Shown here in pieces: positions 57,257-64,000 of a stretch of DNA of 64,000 bases (positions are counted from its first letter, which is position 1; each line of letters begins with the position of its first letter). The DNA comes from an uncultured Eubacteriales bacterium (GTDB lineage: Bacteria; Bacillota; Clostridia; Oscillospirales; Acutalibacteraceae), in assembly GCA_964568955.1 (NCBI GenBank), contig CAZMSM010000001.1:20662-84661 (forward strand), read 5' to 3'. The notes below the pieces were generated by a model that worked only from the letters and a program-made list of their open reading frames with translations, ran no database searches and was not told where the DNA came from. Position numbers and translations under genes: made by a program.

Positions 57257-58387
57257 ATGAAAATTATCAATGCAAAAATATTCACCATGTCCGGAGATGT
57301 GATTGATAACGGATATGTTGAATTTGATGATAAGATAAATGATGTTGGCTTTTTTGACGGACCTGTTTTTGGGGATGAATTTGATGCGAATGGCGCAATG
57401 CTTTTCCCAGGTTTTATTGACGCTCATACGCATTTAGGGATTTGTGAGGACTCGGTGGGTTTTGAAGGGGACGATTGCAACGAAAGTACGGATCCTTGCA
57501 CCCCTCATCTTCGTGCTATTGACGCAGTAAATGTTTTCGACATTTGCTTTACGGAGGCTTTACAAGCCGGGATCACCACGGTATTGACAGGACCGGGAAG
57601 CGCCAACCCCATAGCCGGTCAATTTATTGCCATTAAAACATATGGTTCATGTGTGGATCAAATGATTGTTAAGGCACCCGTGGCGATGAAGATGGCTTTG
57701 GGTGAAAACCCAAAAACGGTTTACAACGAAAAAAAGTCAACGCCGAGCACCAGAATGGCAACTGCGGCAATCATTCGCGAACAGTTAACCCGTGCCAAAG
57801 AATACATACAAAAAAGAAGTATTGACAGCGACGAAAAATTTGATGCAAAGCTTGAAGCACTGTCGCAGCTTTTTAAAGATAACTTGCCGGCCCATATCCA
57901 TGCCCACAGAGCGGATGATATTTTTACCGCGGTGAGGCTTGCTGAAGAATTTAACTTCCAATACTCCATTATTCATTGCACGCAAGGGCATCTTCTTGCG
58001 CAGGAGCTTGCGAAAAGAGGGGTTACGGTAATGAGCGGCCCGCTTCTGGCTGACCGTAGCAAGCCGGAATTAAAGGGCTCAACGCCCGCAACACCCGGTG
58101 TTTTATCAAAAGCCGGAATAAAAACAGCAATCATAACGGATCATCCGGTTATCCCCATACAATACTTACCGTTGTGCGCAGGTCTTGCTGTCCGGGAAGG
58201 TATGGATTATTATGAAGCGCTCAAATCAATAACACTTTGGCCGGCCGAAATTTGTGGTATCTCCGATCGAGTTGGTTCAATTGCAAAAGGAAAAGATGCC
58301 GACATGACCCTTTTCCGTCAAGATCCGTTGACTTTAGCGGCAAAACCTGTGGCTGTTGTAGCAGCAGGTAAGTTTATTAAGCTATAA
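57257..58387 (+). CDS. Amidohydrolase-family metallo-hydrolase
   Basis: PGFIDAHTHLG metal-binding motif and a TIM-barrel amidohydrolase layout. The substrate is unknown. Confidence 0.8.
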   Translation: MKIINAKIFTMSGDVIDNGYVEFDDKINDVGFFDGPVFGDEFDANGAMLFPGFIDAHTHLGICEDSVGFEGDDCNESTDPCTPHLRAIDAVNVFDICFTEALQAGITTVLTGPGSANPIAGQFIAIKTYGSCVDQMIVKAPVAMKMALGENPKTVYNEKKSTPSTRMATAAIIREQLTRAKEYIQKRSIDSDEKFDAKLEALSQLFKDNLPAHIHAHRADDIFTAVRLAEEFNFQYSIIHCTQGHLLAQELAKRGVTVMSGPLLADRSKPELKGSTPATPGVLSKAGIKTAIITDHPVIPIQYLPLCAGLAVREGMDYYEALKSITLWPAEICGISDRVGSIAKGKDADMTLFRQDPLTLAAKPVAVVAAGKFIKL

Positions 58388-58423
58388 AAGGGGTGCTTAT
58401 AAAAGATATGGAGTGGGTGCTTT

Positions 58424-59266
58424 GTGCGAGAAGTTGATGTAAAAATAATTGAACAAAACATAAGGGACATGTGCATTCAATCCAATCTTTTTTTGCCCGA
58501 TGATTTGGTTGCGTGCATAGAATGTACTGCTCAGGCTCAATGCGATGAACCGGCAGCAAGTATTATGAAAGACATTGCGGAAAATCTCGAATGTGCCAGA
58601 GAATTCAACATTCCGATTTGCCAGGATACAGGTCTCGTTGTTGTTTTTGTCGAAATCGGGCAAGATGTTCATTTGATCGGGGGCGATCTTAATGAGTCCA
58701 TTCATGCGGGTGTTTCGGCAGGCTATACTCAGGGGTATTTGCGTTGCTCTATCGTTAAAGACCCCTTTATGAGAGAAAACACGGGCGACAATACCCCGGC
58801 GATTATTTATACAAAGATTGTAAAAGGCGATGCGATGAAACTCACAGTTGCCCCAAAAGGCTTTGGCAGTGAAAATATGAGTAAACTTAAAATGTTTAAT
58901 CCAACAGCCGGTAAAGAAGATGTTGCTGAATTTATTTTAGACACTGTTCTTAAAGCGGGTAGCAATGCCTGTCCGCCGATGGTTATCGGCATAGGGATTG
59001 GTGGGAACTTTGAATATTGCGCATATCTGGCAAAAAAAGCCTTATGCAGACCGGTTTCCGAAAAAAATACTCAAGCGGATTATGCACAAATGGAATCGGA
59101 ACTTTTACAGCGCATAAACTGTCTGGATATTGGCCCTCAGGGTTTTGGTGGCGAAACAACTGCGTTTTCTGTAGCGATAGAGGTAGCGCCCACACATATT
59201 GCCGGTTTGCCTGTTGCGGTTAATATTGGCTGTCATGTTACGCGACATATTTCGGTCGTTATTTAG
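58424..59266 (+). CDS. Class I Fe-S hydro-lyase (fumarate hydratase / L-tartrate dehydratase type), alpha subunit
   Basis: PICQDTG, APKGFGSEN and PPMVIGIGIGG motifs of the Fumerase N-terminal domain. GTG start. Confidence 0.88.
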   Translation: MREVDVKIIEQNIRDMCIQSNLFLPDDLVACIECTAQAQCDEPAASIMKDIAENLECAREFNIPICQDTGLVVVFVEIGQDVHLIGGDLNESIHAGVSAGYTQGYLRCSIVKDPFMRENTGDNTPAIIYTKIVKGDAMKLTVAPKGFGSENMSKLKMFNPTAGKEDVAEFILDTVLKAGSNACPPMVIGIGIGGNFEYCAYLAKKALCRPVSEKNTQADYAQMESELLQRINCLDIGPQGFGGETTAFSVAIEVAPTHIAGLPVAVNIGCHVTRHISVVI

Positions 59267-59418
59267 CAAACTATAATAAGGCTTGTATTTTGGAGAACCG
59301 GAGTTTATTAACAGATTATTATTTTTATATCTTTAAATTTGTCCGGATTTATGGTATCATTTGATTACAATCCCATTGCACTATTTAAAGGGGTTAGTTT
59401 TTAGAAGGGGATGACATT

Positions 59419-59946
59419 ATGAAAATCACTATTACGTGTCGTAAATGCTCACCCAGCGAATCTTTTAAGGAAAGAGTTCATACCAAACTTGCAAAAGTCG
59501 AAAAGTTTTTTGGCGAAGATGCCGAAGCACAAATTACCGTTACGGCGGAAAAAACTGCACAAATCGTTGAACTGACAGTAATGAAGGGCGGAATTATATT
59601 TAGAGTAGAAGAAAGCGCAGAAAATATGAATGACGCTTTCGATTCTTGCGTTGACTTGTTGATCAGACAAATCAGAAAACATAAAACACGTTTAGAAAAG
59701 AGGCTTCACAGAGGCGGCTTTGATCAATTTATCGATGAAGCCCCGGTTCCTGAAGAACTCGATTTTGATATTGTCAGGACAAAAACAATTTCTATGAAGC
59801 CTCAAAATATTGAAGAGGCCATACTGCAAATGAATATGCTCAACCATCAGTTTTACATGTTCCTCAACTCCGCCACTGACAGAATTAATGTCGTGTATAC
59901 GCGCAAAGACGGTGGCTATGGAGTAATTGAATCCGAGTCGGTATAA
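59419..59946 (+). CDS. hpf: Ribosome hibernation promoting factor, long form
   Basis: N-terminal S30AE/RaiA domain (ITVTAEKTAQIVELTV...) and a C-terminal dimerisation domain (MKPQNIEEAILQMNMLNHQFYMFLN...VVYTRKDGGYGVIE). Confidence 0.9.
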   Translation: MKITITCRKCSPSESFKERVHTKLAKVEKFFGEDAEAQITVTAEKTAQIVELTVMKGGIIFRVEESAENMNDAFDSCVDLLIRQIRKHKTRLEKRLHRGGFDQFIDEAPVPEELDFDIVRTKTISMKPQNIEEAILQMNMLNHQFYMFLNSATDRINVVYTRKDGGYGVIESESV

Positions 59947-59956
59947 TGTTTATGTA

Positions 59957-59986
59957 AGGGCAGGCCTACAGGTCTGCCCTTTTTCT
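59957..59986 (+). terminator. Intrinsic terminator after hpf
   Basis: AGGGCAGGCC, loop TACA, then GGTCTGCCCT (10 bp), followed by TTTTCT. Confidence 0.8.
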
Positions 59987-60004
59987 AGGAAGGTATTTGA
60001 ATTA

Positions 60005-61120
60005 ATGAAAATGAATCTTGTTGTGCCTTGCCTGTTTGGTCTTGAAGGTTTGATTGCTGAGGAATTACGTAATTTCGGCGCAGATGATGTGATGGCGGAA
60101 AACGGCAGGGTACTCTTTTGCGGCGATGAGAATATTTTAGCAAGAGCGAATATTAACTCACGTTATGCCGAGCGTATATTAATTTTAATCGGAAGCTTTA
60201 ATGCCCATACTTTTGATGACTTGTTTGAAGGAACGCGCGCTTTAGATTGGGGGAATTGGTTTGACAAAACAGACGCTTTCCCTGTAAAAGGTTATTCGGT
60301 CAATTCAACCTTGTTCAGTGTGAGCGATTGTCAGGCAATCATAAAAAAAGCTGTAGTGGAAAAGCTCAAACAAAAATATAAGCTGGAATGGTTTGAAGAG
60401 ACAGGCCCGATACATCAAATACAATTTTCTATTTTGAACAATAAGGTCAGTATTTTGCTCGACACCTCCGGTCCCGGTCTACACAAAAGAGGGTATAGGT
60501 TGGACTCGAACACTGCGCCGATTAAAGAAACACTCGCCGCTGCCCTGTGCTGCATATCCAAGCTCCGCCCTTATCACACGCTTTATGACCCTATGTGCGG
60601 TTCGGGAACGATTTTAATTGAAGGTGCGATGATGGCAAAAAATATAGCACCCGGAGTCAATCGAAATTTTACTGCTGAGCGTTGGTCACTGTTTTCTGAA
60701 GATGTCTGGTCAAAAGAACGAGAACGCGCGAAGTCGTTGGTGAAAGATGCTGATTCATTTTTCGCTTATGGGTCGGACATTGATGAGTTGTCCCTGGAAT
60801 ATGCGAAATCCAACGCCGAGCGTGCCGGTGTAGCGGAACTTATAGACTATAAACTTGCCGATTTTGCTGATTTTAGCCCCACTACGGAGCGTGGCACAGT
60901 GATTTGTAACCCGCCTTACGGTGAAAGAATGCTTGATGTTGATTCGTCTGAACAACTATATAAACAAATGGGCGAAATATTTTTACAAAAAAAAGGCTGG
61001 TCCTATACCGTAATCAGTCCGTCGGAGACATTTGAGCAATCCTTCGCACGCAAAGCCGACAAAAGACGAAAGCTTTATAACGGCATGATCAAATGTCAGG
61101 CATATATGTATTATAAATAG
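60005..61120 (+). CDS. THUMP-domain class I SAM-dependent RNA methyltransferase (RlmK/L / YpsC-like)
   Basis: THUMP N-terminal region, the SAM motif DPMCGSGT and the catalytic NPPYG. The ORF-track start at 59927 would run through the hpf terminator, so I used the ATG at 60005. Confidence 0.85.
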   Translation: MKMNLVVPCLFGLEGLIAEELRNFGADDVMAENGRVLFCGDENILARANINSRYAERILILIGSFNAHTFDDLFEGTRALDWGNWFDKTDAFPVKGYSVNSTLFSVSDCQAIIKKAVVEKLKQKYKLEWFEETGPIHQIQFSILNNKVSILLDTSGPGLHKRGYRLDSNTAPIKETLAAALCCISKLRPYHTLYDPMCGSGTILIEGAMMAKNIAPGVNRNFTAERWSLFSEDVWSKERERAKSLVKDADSFFAYGSDIDELSLEYAKSNAERAGVAELIDYKLADFADFSPTTERGTVICNPPYGERMLDVDSSEQLYKQMGEIFLQKKGWSYTVISPSETFEQSFARKADKRRKLYNGMIKCQAYMYYK

Positions 61121-61132
61121 GAGGCGGAATTT

Positions 61133-62083
61133 ATGAAACATGTTTTTATTATCAATCCCAAAGCGGGAAAAGGCAAGGCCAAAGCGATATGTACCTTTAA
61201 GCCTAAAGTTGAAGAGTACTGCCAAAATAATGCGTTGGACTTCCACATACATGTAACCACCGCAGCTTATGAAGCAATAGACTATGTTCGCAATATCGCC
61301 AAAAATGGTGAAAAGACCCGCTTTTATGCTTGTGGTGGTGATGGTACACTTTTTGAAGTTGTTAACGGGGCATTCGGTTATTCGAACGCAGAGGTTGCTG
61401 TTGTCCCTTTGGGCTCGGGGAATGATTTTATACGACTCTTTGGCTCTAAAGAGCAATTTTTAGATCTTGATGCGCAAGTTCACGGCACAGTAACGGATCT
61501 TGATGTAATAAAGTATGACGACGTTATCGCAATCAACCAATGTTCAATGGGTTTCGACGCTGAGATTAACGCAAAACAGTGCTACTTTAAAAAAATGCCT
61601 CTTATGAAAGGCGAAACTGCATATATGGCATCGCTTCTTTATTGTTTTTTGAAGAAAATAAACAATGTTTTTACGATAAGAATCGATGATGGGGAGCCTT
61701 TTACACAGAATACTCTTTTTTGTGTCGCCGGGAATTCGAGATGGTATGGTGGGGGATTTAAAGCGGCTCCGCTTGCGATGCCGGATGACGGGTTGCTTGA
61801 TTTTATCGTCGTCAAAAAAAATATGAACCGCCTGAAATTACTGGGTCTTGTAGGTAAATACAAACAAGGCAAACATTTGGGTTGGGATTTTACTAATTTT
61901 GTCAGAGGGAAGAAAATTACAATACACTCCGATAACGAAGCAGCCATAAATTGCGATGGCGAAAAAAGATTCGGTAACGATGCAACATTTGAAATTGTTG
62001 AGAAGGGTATAAAATTTGTCATCCCTTCCGGTTCATCATATTTTGAAGATAAAGCTTCCGGAAAACTCAACTGCACGTGTTAA
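61133..62083 (+). CDS. Diacylglycerol/lipid kinase family protein (YegS/DagK-like)
   Basis: IINPKAGKGKA, GGDGTLFEVVNG and PLGSGNDF motifs. Confidence 0.85.
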   Translation: MKHVFIINPKAGKGKAKAICTFKPKVEEYCQNNALDFHIHVTTAAYEAIDYVRNIAKNGEKTRFYACGGDGTLFEVVNGAFGYSNAEVAVVPLGSGNDFIRLFGSKEQFLDLDAQVHGTVTDLDVIKYDDVIAINQCSMGFDAEINAKQCYFKKMPLMKGETAYMASLLYCFLKKINNVFTIRIDDGEPFTQNTLFCVAGNSRWYGGGFKAAPLAMPDDGLLDFIVVKKNMNRLKLLGLVGKYKQGKHLGWDFTNFVRGKKITIHSDNEAAINCDGEKRFGNDATFEIVEKGIKFVIPSGSSYFEDKASGKLNCTC

Positions 62084-62120
62084 GCGCATAACTGTAATAA
62101 GATTATAGACTACAAACCGG

Positions 62121-62151
62121 ACGCAGAGCTTAAAAAGTTCTGCGTTTTTTT
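62121..62151 (+). terminator. Intrinsic terminator after the lipid kinase gene
   Basis: ACGCAGAGC, loop TTAAAAA, then GTTCTGCGT, followed by TTTTTTT. Confidence 0.8.
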
Positions 62152-62228
62152 ATGTTAAAATTTACAGTATGTTAATGTGTTCAAACCTTAAATAGAATAA
62201 GATAATATATGGGGAACGAGGGATTGCT

Positions 62229-63110
62229 TTGATCGGATATATAAAAGCTAATAAAGCTCAGCTGAAAGTGAAGGATTACGAAATATACAAAGGTATTTAT
62301 TGCTCTTTGTGTAAACAGCTTCGTAAAAGCTATTCACCTCTTGCGCAGATATTTTTGAGTTATGACTTTGCTTTCCTGCTTGTGTTAAAAATGGCAATTT
62401 CGCCGGAATGTCCCACATTTAAGACAAAGAGATGTCACTATAATCCATTGGTTAAATGCAACTGTTGTGTCAACGAAGATATTGCTTTATGTGCGGATTT
62501 ATCCATTATCATCTCCTATTACAAAGTGAAGGATAATATACGCGATAGCAAATTTTTAAAGAAAATTGCGATATATCTTTTCTTGCCACTTGTTGCGATT
62601 ATGCACAATAAAGCCAAACGTCGTCTTCCTGATTTTGAAAAAGTTATTGCACGGGCAATGTTTGAGCAGGCCTCGCTTGAAGATAATAACCAAATGAGCG
62701 TTGATATGGCTGCACAACCCACTGCAAGAGCATTGTCTGCAATATTTTCAATGCGTGAATCACACGATGAACAAAAAAAAGTGCTTGAAAGATTAGGTTA
62801 TATGCTTGGGCGCTGGGTCTATATTATTGATGCCGTTGATGATTTACCGGATGACATCAAAAACAATTCCTTTAATCCGTTTAGACTAAATATAAGCGAT
62901 GCTGACTCTGCGGAGCAAAACGCTCAATTTTTTGAATATGCCGGCGAAGTTCTTTCAACAACAGCGGGGGAAGCAGTGCTTGCGTTTGAACTTTTGAATA
63001 TAAACAGATTTCAAGATATTTTAGAAAACATACTATTTGATGGCCTTGCAAAAGTTGCCGACGAAACGCTTGAAAAGTACGGGAGGTGCAGTATTGAAAA
63101 ACCCATTTGA
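62229..63110 (+). CDS. Cys-rich hypothetical protein, DUF5685-like (assigned from memory, not verified)
   Basis: TTG start 6 nt after GAGGGA. The N-terminal region has CSLC...C...C..C.CC spacing (YCSLCKQL, KRCHYNPLVKCNCC), and the rest is helical. Its 3' end overlaps the next gene by 17 nt. Confidence 0.55.
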   Translation: MIGYIKANKAQLKVKDYEIYKGIYCSLCKQLRKSYSPLAQIFLSYDFAFLLVLKMAISPECPTFKTKRCHYNPLVKCNCCVNEDIALCADLSIIISYYKVKDNIRDSKFLKKIAIYLFLPLVAIMHNKAKRRLPDFEKVIARAMFEQASLEDNNQMSVDMAAQPTARALSAIFSMRESHDEQKKVLERLGYMLGRWVYIIDAVDDLPDDIKNNSFNPFRLNISDADSAEQNAQFFEYAGEVLSTTAGEAVLAFELLNINRFQDILENILFDGLAKVADETLEKYGRCSIEKPI

Positions 63111-63729
63111 AGTATTGGGCATTGCTCAAACAGCAAACGAAGAACAAATTAAAGAAGCCTACAGGGAACTTGCTCGAAAGTACAGCGATGAAAAGTACAG
63201 CAACGGCCCGCTTTTAAGTATTGCGCAGAAAAAGATGCAAGAAATAAATGATGCATATGATACTATTATTCTTAACAGAGGAGGCGTTTTTAACGCAACG
63301 AACACGGGTCGCCAATCGACTTCTAATAACCAGCAAAGCGGATATTGGCAGGGCACACAAGCCTCTTCGGAGTATAATGATATTCGGGCAACCATACAAA
63401 ACGGTAGAATCGATGATGCGGAAACATTGTTGGATGGCATCCCCCAAAACATGAGAAATGCGGAATGGTATTATCTAAAAGGAACAGTACAACACAGGAG
63501 AGGCTGGCTTGAAGAGGCGATTAAAAACTTTCAAACCGCTTGTGGCATGGAACCGGGGAATGAAGAATATGCTGCCGCACTAAGGGGCTTAAATCGTTCG
63601 AGAAGCGGTGGATACAGAACCGCCAGAACAAATAGGGGCGGGTGTTCCGGTTGTGACATCTGTACAGGTCTTATTTGCGCCGATTGTTGTTGCGAGTGCT
63701 TAGGCGGCGATTTGATACCTTGCTGTTAA
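63094..63729 (+). CDS. J-like domain protein (HPD replaced by SDE) with a TPR-like middle region and a C-terminal cysteine string
   Basis: J-domain helices I-III are recognisable (NPFEVLGIAQTANEEQIKEAYRELARKY-SDE-KY, MQEINDAYDTI), and a TPR-like segment follows (AEWYYLKGTVQHRRGWLEEAIKNFQTA). The tail GCSGCDICTGLICADCCCECLGGDLIPCC has 10 Cys in 29 aa. The TTG at 63094 follows GGGAGGTG. Confidence 0.75.
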   Translation: MKNPFEVLGIAQTANEEQIKEAYRELARKYSDEKYSNGPLLSIAQKKMQEINDAYDTIILNRGGVFNATNTGRQSTSNNQQSGYWQGTQASSEYNDIRATIQNGRIDDAETLLDGIPQNMRNAEWYYLKGTVQHRRGWLEEAIKNFQTACGMEPGNEEYAAALRGLNRSRSGGYRTARTNRGGCSGCDICTGLICADCCCECLGGDLIPCC

Positions 63730-63751
63730 ACATTGCGGGGAGTGATATTAA

Positions 63752-64000
63752 TTGAGAGTAAGTTCAAAAACTGCCATGGGCGGCATTGTTGCCGCTCTTT
63801 CTTTATCCTTAATGTTTTTAATTTCAATAATCCCTACCTTTACCTATGCAGTGCCTGCAGCAGCAAGTATGCTTCTTATCCCCATTGTTATTGAAATCAA
63901 CAAGAAGTGGGCACTCGGCGTTTATTTTTCCGTTAGTCTACTGGGGCTGATTGTTGTACCAAACAAAGAAGTGGCGGTTATTTATGCCGCCTTTTTTGGA
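63752..64000 (+). CDS. Integral membrane protein (3' end lies outside the window)
   Basis: The frame is open from a TTG at 63752 (after GGGGAG) or an ATG at 63776 to the window edge. The translation ...GGIVAALSLSLMFLISIIPTFTYAVPAAASMLLIPIVIEI... is strongly hydrophobic with at least 2 TM segments. It is absent from the ORF track. Confidence 0.45.
   Translation, partial: MRVSSKTAMGGIVAALSLSLMFLISIIPTFTYAVPAAASMLLIPIVIEINKKWALGVYFSVSLLGLIVVPNKEVAVIYAAFFG

Noticed and set aside
1-64000. A general search for mobile elements, prophage genes, toxin-antitoxin pairs, restriction-modification systems or other defence systems, rRNA and tRNA genes, and further riboswitches.
   Set aside because: No transposase, integrase, recombinase or phage motifs, no inverted terminal repeats and no cloverleaf-like segments were recognised in the intergenic regions. 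Apart from the Cys T-box, the leaders are short. Absence judged by eye is not proof; Infernal/Rfam, tRNAscan and defence-finder scans would settle it.

Overview
This 64 kb window looks like a compact, moderate-GC Firmicutes chromosome segment with Clostridia-like gene order. I call 58 protein-coding genes, and 57 of them are on the + strand. All product calls come from reading motifs in the supplied translations; no database search was possible.

Most of the content is housekeeping:
- DNA repair and recombination: recA-recX, mutS-mutL, recJ.
- tRNA and rRNA modification: rimO, miaB, miaA, rluD, and a THUMP methyltransferase.
- Aminoacylation: a Cys T-box leader followed by cysE-cysS, plus valS and dtd.
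- Cell division: ylmE-sepF-divIVA-lspA-rluD, and yabM-mazG-hup-yabO-divIC-yabR.
- Stringent response and ribosome hibernation: relA and hpf.
- Central metabolism: split transketolase, folC, and a split class I Fe-S hydro-lyase.

I saw no rRNA genes, tRNA genes, CRISPR arrays, transposases, integrases, phage modules or recognisable defence-system genes. The only regions that look accessory are about 25.0-31.4 kb and about 35.5-45.3 kb.

I did not find a convincing multi-gene novel system. The leads worth a second look are:
1. An unannotated 34-codon gene (35648-35752), too short for the ORF track, with its own extended -10 element, strong SD and a 14-bp terminator. It encodes an anionic peptide of two amphipathic helices.
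2. A dedicated ECF transporter (T, fused AA', S) placed directly behind the Cys T-box-cysE-cysS unit with no terminator in between.
3. A translationally coupled pair at the right edge: a Cys-rich DUF5685-like protein, then a J-like protein that lacks the HPD motif and ends in a 10-Cys string.
4. Two DivIVA-type proteins with about 300-residue acidic tails, the second following a membrane-anchored protein whose repeats suggest a beta-propeller.
5. A GH27 alpha-galactosidase with an insertion of about 140 aa nested inside the catalytic barrel.
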